A stretch of DNA of 64,000 nt from Camelus ferus (lineage: Eukaryota), in assembly GCF_009834535.1 (NCBI RefSeq), contig NC_045696.1:97156001-97220000 (forward strand), written 5' to 3'. Below the pieces are notes generated by a model. It ran no database searches. It was not told the origin of the DNA and worked only from the letters and a program-made list of their open reading frames with translations. Shown piece by piece: positions 13,032 to 27,157 of this stretch. The translations under genes and the position numbers were made by a program. The first letter of the stretch is position 1, and each line of letters starts with the position of its first letter.

Positions 13032-13380
13032 TGTCAGTCTGTTCAGGCTGCTGTAACAATGTACCACAGGCCAGGCAGCTTATACACAGCAGAAATTTAT
13101 TTCTCACAGTCTGGAGGCGGGAAGTCTAAGATGAAGGTGCCAGCATGGTCGGGTGAGGGTTCTTTTCTAGATTGCAGACTTCTCCCTGTATTCTTACTTG
13201 GTGGATGGGGCAAGGGAACACTCTCAGGCCTCGGTTATAAGGTCACTAATCTCTTCCATGAGAACTCTGTCTTCATGACCTAATCACCTCCCTAAGGCCC
13301 CAGCTCCCAATACCATCACATTGGGCGTTAGGACTTCAACATATGTATTTGAGGAGGACACAAACTTTCGGACCATAGCA
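13032..13380 (-). mobile_element. MLT1A-like MaLR solo LTR
   Basis: Reverse complement of MLT1A start at right end ('...aacatatgtatttgaggaggacacaaactttcggaccatagca'); perfect 5-bp TSD CTGGA (13027-13031 / 13381-13385). Confidence 0.9.
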
Positions 13381-14329
13381 CTGGATTAGAATCACATAGG
13401 AGTTTTAATAAAGAAAATTCCTTGGCTCCATTCTCCAAAAATTGTAAATGGTCTCCCATGAGGTCTGAGTATCCATCCTTTTAAAAAGCTGCCAGACTAT
13501 TTTAGTGTACAGCCAAAGTGAGAACAACTGTTGAGAACTTTGGGAAACAGTTTTGAAAACTAGAGGTTTAGGGGCAACATGAGTTTGGTTTGGTCCCATT
13601 TTCTGCTATCTCCATCCCAGAAATGTCATTTGTATCCACTATGAATCCAACAAAAAGAACATAAAGATGTGCATTGTTGGCCATAGAGCAAAGGGGACAA
13701 GAGCTTTATTAGAGGTGATAAAACACATTTTGAAAATTACTGCTTCTTAATTAGCGTTCTCACAATAAATTTGGAAGGATAGTTATAAATGCAAGAAGAT
13801 ATTAATGTTAGCTTGTGCTGTCTCTAATTTGTGCTTTGCAAAAAGTGTACATTAAGCCTTGGAGTATTTGAAAATGTTTTTAAAAAATCAGCATCCCTTT
13901 TGTTATTGTTTTCTTGGTGATATAAACTGTTAACCTAAGTGTGTTCAGCTTCAAATTTCAAGTGTTCATCTGCTCCAGATTTTAGCTAGGTGTTGGAAGA
14001 TGAGTATTGTCCCTGAGAGAGCAGAGTTATTGCAGTTTCAAAATGCAATCATTGTCAAATGCATCTGAAAGGTCATGTGTTTATATATGGGTGCTCTGCT
14101 GCTGCTTTTGGTGTTTACAGAATTAGGTACCTCACTCTTCACCAGGCCACAGTGAGATCAGTGTAATTTAGGAGGTTGCTAATCTCCTCCTTTCACATGT
14201 CCTCCCCATGAAATTGGACTTGTACCTTTGGTCTTCCTTCTGTGTCATGAGAGTGTTGACATTTTCATCCAACTGCCTTGTAGCATAAATGAATGTGAAC
14301 GAAGGTGCTTTGAGTTCCTATGTAAGAGC

Positions 14330-14693
14330 TGTTAAAAAGTGATTAAAGAAGACCATTTATGTGATAGAAACAAACTTCATTTAACACTTCGTGAAGCAGA
14401 CAGCCTTCTTTTGTAGAATTACAAAATGAGGTGGAAGGCAGGAAGACTTTATAGGATAAAGAAAAAAGAGAGAGAAATAGAAACTCTGATTGGCTGGGCC
14501 ACACAGTCCACCTTGTTTTGGGGTGAAACAGCCCAGGGCTGGCTTGGTGTTTGGGGATTGGCTGACTGGATATATTGTGTTTCTGGTCTAGGGGAGCATT
14601 TCTAGGGACACAAAAGTTATCTAAGTTTCCATTCACTGACATGCACCCCAGGCAAGAGTGGCTCCATCTTTGGCCTAGAAATTTATTTCAACA
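14330..14693 (-). mobile_element. ERV1-class solo LTR
   Basis: TGTT...AACA termini; two reverse CCAAT boxes ('gattggct'); reverse TATA 'tttata'; imperfect 4-bp TSD gagc/gaac. Confidence 0.75.
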
Positions 14694-15809
14694 GAACTGG
14701 AGGTGAAATGCCAACAAAGGAAGAAACCCAAGCAAAGGCCTGAATGAGTCTTCTGGAACTCCAAAAGGTGCCTGGTTTGCTAGGGAGGTTCCCCTGAAGG
14801 CCCTGGTGCTGGACCAGGAATGAATGATTTCTGGAAGATAATGTGCCCATCACTGTTTGCTCCACTTCTCATCCTGCTTACATTTTTAAAATTCAAAATT
14901 CACTTATTCAGCAATGATTTTGGCACCTGTATGTGCCAAGCTTAAGCACTGAGGTAACAAATGTGAACATGGAGACCACTGCTGGAGGCCCAAGTCAAGC
15001 CAGAAGGCAAGAACTTTGTTCTCAACTGGAGAGTTCTTAGGAGAATGAGGCTGACATTCAGTCCCAGAAGCACTAAGCTTCTACTGGGGAATTGCAACAA
15101 GCAAAGAAGCCTTAGGTTGGGAGGACAGAAGTCCTTCAGAGTGTGTCAGGGGAATTTTTCTCTTGGAGGGCTCTCATGTGTCTGGACTGCCTCTGACCCA
15201 GCAGCGGGCGAAAGCTGGTCTCACATTTTGCTCCCTCTCTTTGCCCTCGTGACCACCCAGTCCTCACACCGTCCCCTGGCCCAACCTGGGCCCGGCCTCA
15301 CTAAACCACCGTCTACATCTGACTGCTCTACCTGGACCTCTGTTCCAGGAGCCCACACCCTTGGTGTGGTCCTCAAAATTTCTATCTTTATTACATTGGA
15401 ACGTTATTTAATATTCCAGAATCATATCTGTATGTTACTTTTTCACTCGTATATTCCACAATGAGGGAAAAAAATTTTACCTAAAAATTTTCCTTTAGGA
15501 ATTAAAAAAATAGGAAGATAATTCATAACCAATTGTATTCCTTGATGCAGCTGTAAGTCCATGTATGTTCTTATACCATGATACACACAAACACTTGGAC
15601 ACTGAAACTAAGAAATAAGACAACGGTAGAGCATCAAAAACATTCCTACTACAGAGGTCCCAGAAGGATGTATTATATGTATTCACATTTTTTGAGGTTG
15701 TAAAGAAAGTATTTGAACCCGGCATCATTCTAAGTGTGACAGCACATAAACAGGATACTTAATTCCAGGGACACATTATGCACTAGCACCTCTAACTAGC
15801 CAAGTCACG

Positions 15810-15811
<2 letters not shown>

Positions 15812-15849
<38 letters not shown>
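15812..15849. repeat. (GT)n microsatellite
   Basis: Direct reading, about 19 units. Confidence 0.95.
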
Positions 15850-15851
<2 letters not shown>

Positions 15852-17689
15852 AATAGACTGTCACTTACATTCCAGTTTTGCTTTCTGACCAGTGCCCATT
15901 TAAATGCATGTCTTCACTAGATGTTTTTTTAAAAAGATATTTATTTCTACTCACCAAAGACAATAGCCCTTGAAACCCAGTACAGAAAGTAATGGCTTAG
16001 AGGGGCTGAGGAGTGAGGCCTGACACATTCTCGCTTTCACTTATTAGTACCGATGACTTTATGGGTAGGTTTGTGTGCAGAGAAAAAAAAAAACAGGAGA
16101 AAGTCATGGGACAAACTATTATCTGTCAAATTTTTTTTTCTCTTTTGAAACAATTTAATATTAGAGACTATAGCCCCAACAAAATGATTTTTCTCTCTTT
16201 CTACTTAACAGCACTCTCTCCTAGTTGATGTTTAATGCTACAATGACCACAAGGGACGCCTTTTGTTTGCATCCCTGTAAGCTGCTTTCATTTAAGTTCA
16301 GTGTTGTAGCCCTGGAGGGCAATTCATTTATTTAGTTGCCTTTCGTCAAAATGGTCCTGGGCACTTTAGAGGAATATTGATCATTCAGCCCACTAAACTA
16401 TTTGCAGAAAGGCACACAAAACCACTTCGTGCCTTTCATAAAAATCCTTTCAATGATAGTTGAACGAGTTTTATTTATATCCTCCACTGCTGCCTTTTAT
16501 GTCTAGTTTTTCTTTCTGCAGAGTTTATCTTCACTCCATCATACGTTTAAGTAGCGTAGGTCACAGTGATTATGGTAAAACTCATGAGGAAATGTAGGAC
16601 TTCCATGGGCTACAGTTTCCGTTGCTTTTGGAGACAGTCTTTAGAGCTCTTCCCAAATATTCCAGCTCTCCCTCCTTCCAGACTCGTGGCAGGATAGCAC
16701 TGCCCTGCCAAGGGAGGTTGGGGGTCATCAGGAGACTTGCTCTGATGCAGAGATAGATGTGCAAGTTGTGTGTGTCACTTCCAGACAGAAGATTCCAAAA
16801 CCAGTGTGTGCTTTATCCCATTCTCTTCCCCCACCGCCATCACCACCACCCACAGTCCAGAGACTGGCCTTCCCTTCAGCCCGAGTCCCAGACAGAGGAC
16901 CATGAAGAGGGGAAACCAAGCTCCTGCTGATATTTGATAGACACGTGGCACGATTATAAACGTGAGCTGTTTCAAACTACCAAGATTTAGGGGCTGTTTG
17001 TTATGGGATCATAACCTACACTCTCCTATCACACTTTTTTTTTTAAGTCTCAAGGAGAAGCTATCTTACAAGTGCCAATTAAAAGGGAATTTTGTTTCAG
17101 AGTCACAATAATTAAATGAAGAGTACTAGTCCCTGTCTAAATGGAGCAGATTAATTAAAGTTCTGTATTTATCTAATGTCCCATTATTATACAATAACAA
17201 TTATGCTTCTCAGTAATATTTTTATTCTTAAACATAGAAGGAGAAATTATGGGAACTTTGGGGCCACAAACTGCCACTGCCACTTACATCTTGAAAACTT
17301 TTTTCATGTCAGTTTTATTACTAAAGAACACGTGTCCTTGAGTGAGTCACTTCACTTTTCTAGACCTTGGCTCCACTATGGATGTTGAGGGAGATTAACT
17401 AGATGATCCCAGCGATCTCTTGCAATAACATTCTGAGCTTAATGCACAGTGCACAGCAATCAATAGGAAAATTAAGTGGAAACTCGAACTCAAATCTTTA
17501 ATTCTTCTTCTAGTTTCTAAAAAGTGTTATCATAGCTTAAAGTAACTTTGCTATGAGACTATATTCTCCTAAAGTGAAAGAAAGAGGATTTTCAAAGAAA
17601 TAAAAATATTGGAAATTTTTATTTTAGGGTTTTAAAATGTTTTTATTTTTTGTTTGAATTCTTAGTTTGATTATCTACACCTGGAATGT

Positions 17690-17826
17690 TTTGTGACTTT
17701 TGATAGTCTACATCTGCAAAAATGCACAAGTCCTAAGTGAAGAGCTCAGTAAATTTTCACAAAGTGAACACACTCATGTAACCACTGGCAGAAACCCTCC
17801 CAGTCACGACCCCGACACAAGGTTAC
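17690..17826 (-). mobile_element. Old L1M 3' fragment split by the ERV (continues 23194-~23500)
   Basis: 'aaatgcacaagtcctaagtg...cagtaaattttcacaaagtgaacacactcatgtaaccac' on the left joins 'cagcctgacttc...gagattagttttgctg' right of the provirus. Confidence 0.7.
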
Positions 17827-19255
17827 TGTAACCCAGCAGAGCAAGACCCTATGGGGCCTTCTAGGGACAGACCCCTCCCCATATCCTTGCAGTAGCTCCT
17901 GTCTGAAGTACCCACACAGTAGTATCTGATATATATTTCCTGAGTTTCTCAGATGCTGAAAACCACCACCAAATGGAAGAAATTAACTACTTGATGATCC
18001 TGAGCACTTAGCTCCCAGATCTTCTGGTGCCTAAGGATTGATCACCAGCAAGCAGAGAATTGTGCACAGCTAGTCACACACCCTGGGATGCCCCTCCCTC
18101 AGCTGGCTTTTACAAATGCTCGGCTGAAACCCTTTGAGAAGTTTGGGTTGTTGTTGGTGGTTTTTTTTTGTTGTTGTTGTTTTTTTTTTTTTTTTTTTTT
18201 TGAGCACGAGGCATCCTTTCTCCTTGCTTGGCCTTGCAATAAAACTTTCTCTGCTTCAAACTCAAAGTTTCAGTTTGACTGACTTCACTGTGTGTTAGGC
18301 CCAGCCACTCTGTGTCCACGGACTTGGTTCAGTAACAATTTCTATGAATCAGCGTGGAGTCTGTGCCCAGGGCAGGTTGACCCCCACTGGGGGCAGCCGC
18401 TTTCCTGGGTCCCAGCAGCTGCGGGAGCTCACTTCGCTCCCAGGACCTGGAAGGGTCTCTCCCTGACAGGCACCGGTATAAGGCTGTTTGGAGAAGTGTC
18501 CGGAGCTGTGGTCTACATTCGGTGTCACCTGGGGTGAGTGGCTCCAGCTTGCACAGGCTGGGAATTCTCTCTGCTCCACCTGGGCTCATTCCCTTGCAGG
18601 AGGTGAGCTGCTCTGGGCTCACTGTGAGCCACTCTGGGTCCGTTCTCTTTCGGCAGCTGGGACAGTCTGTTTGGAGGCCTCTGTCTGGGAGTAGAAATGA
18701 AATTTTTAGACTACATCTTCTCTAATTTTATGCCTGTGTGACTGGAGCTTATTTGTTGCTTGTGTTTTTGTGTGTATGGTTTTGGGGTGAGCCACTCTGG
18801 CTTCGGCAGGATGGGAAACTACCTGCTCCTCCTGGGCTCCTTCCCTTCCAGGAAGTGAGCCACTCTGGGTCCGTTCACTTTTGGGAGCCACGCCATATGG
18901 AAGCCTCTGTCTGGGAGTGGAAGTGGAATTTTTGGGTTGCATCTCATCTGATCTTTTGTTTGTGGGGCCGTGTTTGTTGTCTGTATGTGTATGTATCAGT
19001 TCGTGCACTGGCTGGTTGAGATGTCTTTGGTGAGTAACAGGGGGCCCGTGTGATGACACCAGGGTATCCTTGCCTGCTGCATTGGCTTCTTGGTTGAGAT
19101 TTTCTGTTTCTGGCCTTGGGCATTCATTCAGCTTCCTCTCTGATGGGGCACTGGTTGGGGATCTTCCTTTGGGGCTAAGTCACTCTGACCCTGAGAAACC
19201 GTTTTGATTTGTTATTTGCTTGATATTTGATAACATCGTCCATGAATACTTAAGT

Positions 19256-19425
19256 ATGGATGATCAGAGCGCTGTTCCATCTTATAGTCCCCTAGGGTAT
19301 GTTATGCAAAACTAGGAGAGCTTCAGCTATGCTCCCATTAATGAAAGAAAATAATATTTTTTATTGTCACACTGTGTGGGCTCAGTACCCCTGAGACCTG
19401 GAGAACAATGGCCCCTAGTGGCTCT
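19256..19425 (+). pseudogene. ERV gag matrix (MA) remnant
   Basis: Across a stop and frameshifts reads MDDQSAVPSYSPLGYVMQN*ESFSYAP / [17 protein letters not shown] / LRPGEQWPL, matching the class I ERV Gag N-terminal pattern SPLGxILxNW...IFFCNTxWPQY.L..GE.WP. Confidence 0.8.
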
Positions 19426-19480
19426 GCTAGTAAGTCAAAGTGGGCCTTTTATAGTTGCTTCGGCTTTTACCTTGGGGGGT

Positions 19481-19642
19481 GGGTGTATGTGTGCATGTGT
19501 GTGCGTGCATATGTGTGTGTGTGCATATGTGTATGCAGGCGCGTATGTGTGTGTGCGCGCGCTTGTGTGTATGTGTCTGTGTGTGTGTGTGTGTGGATGT
19601 TGTGTGTATGTGTGTGTATGTATCTGTATGTGTATATGTGTG
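19481..19642. repeat. Degenerate (TG)n/(TGTA)n simple repeat inside the ERV
   Basis: Direct reading; explains the CV- and HT-rich spurious ORFs. Confidence 0.9.
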
Positions 19643-21550
19643 TCTATTTATCTCAGTAAATGAGTCCAAATCCTTTCTCTTTTCCTGGTTTTGTTTAGAG
19701 TAAGGCATGTGAATATAAGTGAATTTTGTATATAAAATTATTACTGTTAATTTCTTTAAACCGAAGTGGATATTTGGGAATTAGAAAAAATATCCCAGAA
19801 AATAGCCAAGATGACTGGGTTTTGTACAAGCAGTTAGAGGAGGAATTTGCGTTTCTTTTCCTGTGTCTTTGAGATGTTGATGGTCTACCTGGGCTCTCAA
19901 GGAGAAAAGAGGGTTTTTTTTTGTTTTTTGTTTTTTCTTAAACTCAAGAGGGAAAAGCAGATCTTTGGTTCTGTATGTCTTTATGTTAAAAGTTAACTTG
20001 TAAATGAGCTCTATTTAATTGACTTAAAAATAAAGTGCTTACAAATTGAATACTGCTAAGTATAAAAGAAGCTAGAACAAGTTTCAGTAGTTTCATGTGA
20101 TCTAGGAAATATTCAATATTAAACTGACATCTAATATAAAAGCTAGCTTAAGCTTGTTGGTGTAATCAACACAGATACAGCTTTTATTGCACCTAGGTTT
20201 GCTGAAGATCAATGAGTTCATGTTTCTGTTGCAGAATTTGTCAGCAAAAAGAAAAAAATTAACTTGGTATGATGAAATTCTTATAAAATGCAAATGAGAT
20301 GAGAGCTTTGGGGTGAACTCTTTAGAAATAATTATGTTTTATGAATGCCTACTTAAAAATATCTCTCCAAATACTTGATAACTTGAAATTTTGGCATTGT
20401 ACTGAGTTAAGTTATGTGATGAAAGTTTATTGAGTAGTTGAATAGCTAGGACATTCCCCCAAATTAAATACTGAAACATTCACCAGTAATCAAGATTTTT
20501 AATAATTGAGGATTCTAATTTAAATATGTAATTGAAGCTACTAAAAAATAATGGAGGAAACACTTCAAACTACTTGGTTAAGCTTTTTTGTCAAAAACAT
20601 TGTAATCAGATCTTTTACCTTTTTGGGTCTTTTGTCATTCATACAGTTAAGCTGATGCTTTGCAAAACTGCTTTACCTTCGAGAAGACTCAAAAAAAGTA
20701 CTTTTTGACAAGTACAGTTTTTTTTTTTCTCCAAATTATACTGCTGATTCTGGTAAGATACTTAAGAAGTCTAATGAAAACTGATTTCATAAAACTTAGT
20801 AAAAGGGATTGATTGCATAGAATTGAGTGAACTGATGAATGTGATTATAATTTTTGGTTGTCTGAAGTATTCCTGGCTTTTAATCTGTGTTTCTAATTGA
20901 ACTGTTTACCAAATGTTTGTCTCCCTATCAATATTGCCCCCAGTGTCTAGGATAGGAAGAGAGTTCTCTAATGGAGTTGTCACAGAGTGAAACTGCCCAT
21001 GATGTATAACAGTGCTTGCTTTAAGTCTATTGCTAAAAGCACATGTACGATGCTTGTGTAACAATTGGGTATATGTGATAAAATGTATAGCCTATTAAGT
21101 GTTTCCCCATTAACATACCTCTGAGCTGGTTCACAATATGTGATTAGTTTTCCTCCAACGTGGATAACTAGGCAAATATAAAGGAGTCCCAGTGCCAAGG
21201 GATATGAACTAAATTTGAGGCAAGAGCTACCAACGCAGCATCAGGGGACAGGTATTTTGATCATCAATGCTTCCTAATGAAAGATTTGTAATCAAAAGGG
21301 GAAATGATGGGAAAATCTGCACATATCGAGGTCTGGGGAAGTCATTCTAGCTTATGTACACTTTGACTTAAACTTTACTGACCAAAGCAGCCTGTTTTAT
21401 GGTCTTTTGGACATGCATTGTGCGTCTTCGTTGGCCTTGAGGAGGGGAATTCATTTGAAAGTCAAAATGGAGTGCATGTGGTTCAGACATCCAAGGTAAA
21501 ACTAGGTGGCCATTGTGGATGTGATTTCAGACACATTCCTGGATTGTTGG

Positions 21551-22165
<615 letters not shown>

Positions 22166-22275
22166 GAGCTGTGACATACTCAGAAGGCCACCAGCCATTC
22201 TCAGAGTAGTGTCTGCTGGCAGATGGTAGCTGTAACCTTATGACCTCAAGGTCTTCTCTAATAATTATTAAATTT

Positions 22276-22341
22276 TTAGAGAATAAAATTGCTTTAGATC
22301 AGATGTTAGCAGAGAAAAAGGAGATGTGTGTAGTGGCCAAA
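22276..22341 (+). pseudogene. ERV env TM immunosuppressive-domain remnant
   Basis: Translates LENKIALDQMLAEKKEMCVVAK, matching the gamma-type env ISD pattern L(D/Q)NRxALDxLLAEQGGVCxV; stop follows shortly; post-env 'cagcaggaagtagccagagc' at ~22564. Confidence 0.8.
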
Positions 22342-24632
22342 AGCCCTTAAAATTAAAACCTATTCAGATCAAAGTAGACAACTGGCTGCCTGGCTACAAG
22401 TCTCTCCAAAGTGCCAGGTCCGTACTGGTTTTCAGGCTTATTCTCTGGAATTCCTCAGGGAATGAGACCTTAATCATACAAGACTCAGATCCAGGACTTG
22501 GAACTTGAGAGTGTTTCCAACACAGTATCCATCCCGCAAATCAGGCAGGACTATGCCCCATTACAGCAGGAAGTAGCCAGAGCAATCATCACCCCAACCC
22601 CTGAGAGATCTGGGGAAGGATGAAACAGGAATGTGAGTTCCTCTGCTGAGTTTATGATTAATCTCTCTATCCAAAATATCATTCCCCTTCTTGTCCAACA
22701 CCTGTTCTCCTCAAAGACTGAGGAGGATCAAAGAAAAGGGGGAAATTGTAACTGAGCAGGACCCATGAACCTTCCCAGGACAGACCCCTCCCCAGTATCC
22801 TCTGCTGTAGCTCCTCTCTGAAGTACCCAAATAATAGTATCTGATGCATATTTCCTGAGTTTCTCAGATGCCAAAAACCACCACCAAATGGAAGAAATTA
22901 ACTACTTGATGATCCTGAGCACGTAGCTCCCCAAACTTCTGGCTCCTAAGAATTTCACTATCAACCAATCAGAATTGTGCACAGCTGATCACATACTCTG
23001 GGCTGCCCCTCTCTCACCTGGTCTTTGAAAATGCTCAACTGAAACCCTTCAGGGATTTGGGCAGGGGTGGGGCTCAAGGCCTCCAATCTCCTTGCTCAGC
23101 CCAGCAGTAAACCTCTCTCGGCACCAAACGGCAATGTTTTGGTTGGTTTGGCCTCGCAGTAGTTTTGGGCACATGAACTTGCATTCAGCAACATTACCAC
23201 CAGCCTGACTTCCACTAGGTTGACTTCTAATGGCAGAGATTAGTTTTGCTGCTTTTAACATCATTGAAGAGTACCACGTGCATTCTTCTGTGTCTTGCCT
23301 CTTTACTATAATAGTACATGCATGCATATCGTTGCATGAAATTGCAGTGTGTTCATTCTCATTGCTCTGTAGTGTCCTACTGTGTGGGTTTATTACAGTG
23401 CATCCATCCCACTGTGATGGACACTGGGGATGTTTCCAGATTTGGGCTGGTATTAATAGAGGACATTGTATTACATGACTTTTGGTTGACGTTATTTCCT
23501 TGTATTTTCAGATTTAGGGTTCAGGAGGTCGACATCCTTAACAAAGCTAAATCCGCAAGAGGAGCTAGCTCTGTTGCAAAAGATTGCATTTTGGAGCATC
23601 CCACTGGGGATGGAGGGGAGCAAGCAGTTCTGGAGTCCCAGTTAGGAGAAGGGAGAGAAGGAAGGAGGGAGTAGAAGTTCTGTGGAACTAGAGAATATGT
23701 GCTGAGTTCTGCTGCTAGCAGGAAAGCCACATCCCTTTGGTTTAATCCTTTGAAACTCCAGGCAATGACACCATGTGGAATTCCCTAAAAAGCGTTTTCT
23801 GGAGGAGCATTGTTGTATCAAAGTAGGAAGTCAGCAAAAATGGTAGATACTTAGAAGGAAAATATTTTTCCTAGACCTGCTATTCAAAATTGAACAAATC
23901 CTGTAAACATACACAGTATGGCAAATACTAAATAAAAGGGCATTAAAATTCATAAGGAGAAGGAGAATGTGAGCAATTGCTAATTCACCTGATTACATTT
24001 TTGATAGATATTGGAACTTGCAGCCTCCCCCACCACCCCTAATCCGATTTGGGGGTGTGCAATCATATTTAAAAAATGGTAATTGATCCTGAAGTATGAC
24101 TTTTTCTTTCTTATTTTCTCCATAAAACCGTGAAATTAGGAGAGAATGAATAAAAGGTAGCATGCCCAGTAAGCTTGTCAGTTCAAATGTCATACTTGTT
24201 TTCGTTCCTGAAACTCAGGGGGGTTTTTTGGCCTCCCAGAATGTAACAGCCTTCTGCCATCAAACCCATTTCACTTCACCCTGAATTCCCAGTGCCTATC
24301 TTTAGTCATGTTTTCTTTATGCACATTTTGGTGAACTGACCCACTAACTATTGGCCAAAAGAAAGCAGTGATTTAGATAAATTAAGGTAACTTATGGAAC
24401 ACTTCGTGTACATTCTCTCTAATCCTCCTTACAATTTTGAGCATGATGATCTCTGTTTTGCAGAGGAGAAAGCTGAGGCTTAGTTCGGTGGCTTAAGAGA
24501 TGCAAGGTCAATATTTAGTCACGAGTCTGCTCTTGCCTTCCATCTTTCCACTTGGGGCATGCCTGTGCTGAGACTGACATTCTCCCCCCAAAGCTGCAGA
24601 AACTTAACAAATGGTGCCTGGTATCCTTAGAG

Positions 24633-24836
24633 CAGTGGCTTTCATTTGAAAGTGATTTTGCCCCCACCAGGACATTTGGCAATGTCTGGAGACAACTGGA
24701 CGGAGAGGGGATCCTACTAGCACCTAGTGGGTGGAGGCCAGGGGTACTGCTAAATGTCTTCCAATGTGTAGGACAGCCCCTCCACAAAGAATCCTCCGGC
24801 CCAAAACGCCAGTAGTGCTGAGGCTGAGAAACCTGC
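24633..24836. mobile_element. MER20 hAT-Charlie element
   Basis: 'gtgattttgcccccaccaggacatttggcaatgtctggagaca...gaggccagggg...tagtgctgaggctgagaaacc' matches MER20. Confidence 0.9.
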
Positions 24837-25049
24837 CTTACAGCATGTTTGTGCGCCATAATGGTGTTTATTAAGCCTAAAAGAGTGTAAGTTGCATTTG
24901 AAAGGGGCAATGAGGGATAGTTGAAAATATATCAAGAGTCAGAAGATCTGTGTTCTGGTCCACTGTTAACCAGCCCCATAGCTTTATGAAAGTAGACCCT
25001 CTAAATGTCAGTTACCCCATAAGTAAATGGTGATAATAATATCTGTCTG

Positions 25050-25700
25050 ATTCACTTATTTATTCATCAGATTTTTGTTTATTACCTAGTATGTTCCAGG
25101 CACTGTGTTAGACGCTGAGTCTGCAGCAGGGAACAGGACGGGCACCGTCCCTACCTTCAAGTAACCTCGTGGAAAACAGAGATAAGAAATCTGAGGTGCT
25201 CTGGTAACCTGAGAAGGGACATCTCAGCTGACAACTGGAGAATAAGAAGCCAGGCAGGGGAAAAGGAAGGGAAGAAAGCAGAAAGTACAGTGTTTGCAAA
25301 AGCCCAGAAGACAGAAAGTGCATGGGCCAATCAAGGATCTGAAAAATGCTCAGTCTGACTGGAGGACAGAATCTGAATGGAAGAAAGAGATGTGCCTAGG
25401 GAAGTAATTCATGATCAGCTCTAGGAGGATTTTGTGGGCTGGGCTAAGGAATAGAAACTTCAGCCTGGAGCAGAGGAGAGAAAAATGAAAGGTTTTAAAA
25501 GCAAGGGGATGACAGGATTAGATTTGAGTTTTAGAAAGATCATTCAGTTTGCAGGGTGGAAAACGGATTCTAATCCAGCTAGGGACTGGGAGATCAGGTG
25601 AAAGTTCACTGCTGCTGTCCCCGCAAGAGATCATGGTGACCTCAACTGGAGTAGAGGCAATGGGAATCTACAGAAAATAATGCATTTTAGAGAAGATCAA
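25050..25700 (-). mobile_element. L2 fragment
   Basis: Reverse L2 3' end then purine-rich body ('gatttgagttttagaaagatcattc'). Similar minus-strand L2 pieces at ~51700-52350, ~54320-54650 and ~56250-56930. Confidence 0.75.
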
Positions 25701-26600
25701 TCAATTCCTGGTACTGAAAGTTTGACAAGATATCCCTTCCCTAGAGCAGCAAAGCTTTCACAATGAGGCATGACTGCCACTGCTCTGTGTGGTAAGCTGG
25801 AAGTGTAGATTGGATTCTGTGGGAGCCTGTATCTTTGTCATTAATGTGAAGTCTTTGTGGTGTCTGATTGGCCGGCTGAGTTCACATGTCTGTACTCAAA
25901 CTGCAAAGGATGCTGGGAAAGTGAAGTATCTGACTTCTCCCTGGGGAGACTGCCTTAAACTTAGGAAGGATGTTTAAGAAAGACAAATTGCCCTACAGGG
26001 CCAGTGGAAAGTGATTTGTTAGAGTCTACTTAAAAGCAAACCTGAAAAGAGCTTTCAAATTAAAAATATTCTTCTTAAAAACCTTGCTTCTCAATCTATT
26101 CCATAGAAGTAAAATTAGCCATACATAGAACAGATATGCATATGGACATTAGAGGAGCAAACATTTTTGCTATTCTCTGTGGCAAAATTTTTATAACTAA
26201 TTGAATGCCTTTTAACTGAGAAAGAGTTATTATACTCATGCCATTAAATGTGCAGTAAATAAAAATAACTGAGTTAGAGCTAAACCAGCTGGGACTATAT
26301 GAACAAAGACTGAGAGGGACAAGCAGGGCACCTCGAGTAGTAATCTTTTCATATTTCACACAAATCTTGATTCATACTATCTTCCAGAGAATGAGAGAGA
26401 GAGTTTTTCCCTAGGTTCTAGTGACTCTTAGTCTTGGATTGACATTATCTCACCCTTGGGCCAAGCAGTTCTCTGTGACCTGTCATGCAGGAAGCAAGGC
26501 CCTTATAGGAAAGCCCCTGAAATAAATCCCTGGGTCTGAGCTGAAGCTCTTCTGCCTACAATTCTTGACTCCCTGGTTAACAGCTTGGTTGTAACAGCTC

Positions 26601-26967
26601 TGTGGTCTTAGTCTACTTGGGAAGCCAAAACAAAAATGCTGAAGACTGGCTGGCTTAAACAACAGAAAATAACTTTTGCACAGTTCTAGGAAGTCCAAGA
26701 CCAAGGAGCCAGCAAACTTGGCTCCTTGGTGAGGACACTCTTCCTGGCTTGCAGATGGCCGCCTCTCCCTGTGTCCTCACATGGTGGAGAGAGGGAGCAC
26801 TGGTGTCTCTTCCTTCTCTTATAAGGGCAGTAATCCCAGTGTGGCAGTAATCTCTACCTTCATGACCTCATCTAAACCTCCCAAAGTTTCAATACCTTGG
26901 AATGCCATCACATGGGGAGTTAGGACTTCCACGTATGAATCTGAGGGGGACACAGTCAGTTCCTCAC
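26601..26967 (-). mobile_element. MLT1A/B-like MaLR LTR
   Basis: 'ggcttaaacaacagaaa...cacagttctaggaagtccaagaccaagg...tcttcctggcttgcagatggccgcc...cttccacgtatgaatctgagggggacaca'. Confidence 0.85.
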
Positions 26968-27015
26968 ATGGTCTCTGAGTCATTATGGGGTGGTCGTCAA
27001 GAACACAAGCTTTGG

Positions 27016-27157
27016 AGGGGGTAGGGAACAGCTCAGTGGTAGAGTGTGTGCTTAGTGTGCAAGAGGTCCTATGTTCAATCCCCAGTACCTCCATTAAAAA
27101 AAAAAAGCATTAAAAAAAAAAAAAAAAGACAACACTTGTTATTAAAAAAAAAAAAAA
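27016..27157 (+). mobile_element. tRNA-derived SINE (camelid Vic-1-like) inserted in a MIR
   Basis: A box 'agctcagtggtag', B box 'gttcaatcc', multiple A tracts; TSD aagctttgg (27007-27015 / 27158-27166). Confidence 0.9.

Noticed and set aside
16500..16560. Splice acceptor-like site 'tttttctttctgcag' at ~16521
   Set aside because: Isolated, with no convincing donor or coding frame; such sites are common by chance.
18338..18360. Possible tRNA-Arg primer-binding site after the 5' LTR
   Set aside because: Only about 11 of 19 bases match TGGCGAGCCAGCCAGGAGT; too degenerate to call.
19364..19708. Cys/Val- and His/Thr-rich ORFs
   Set aside because: Translation of a (TG)n-type simple repeat.
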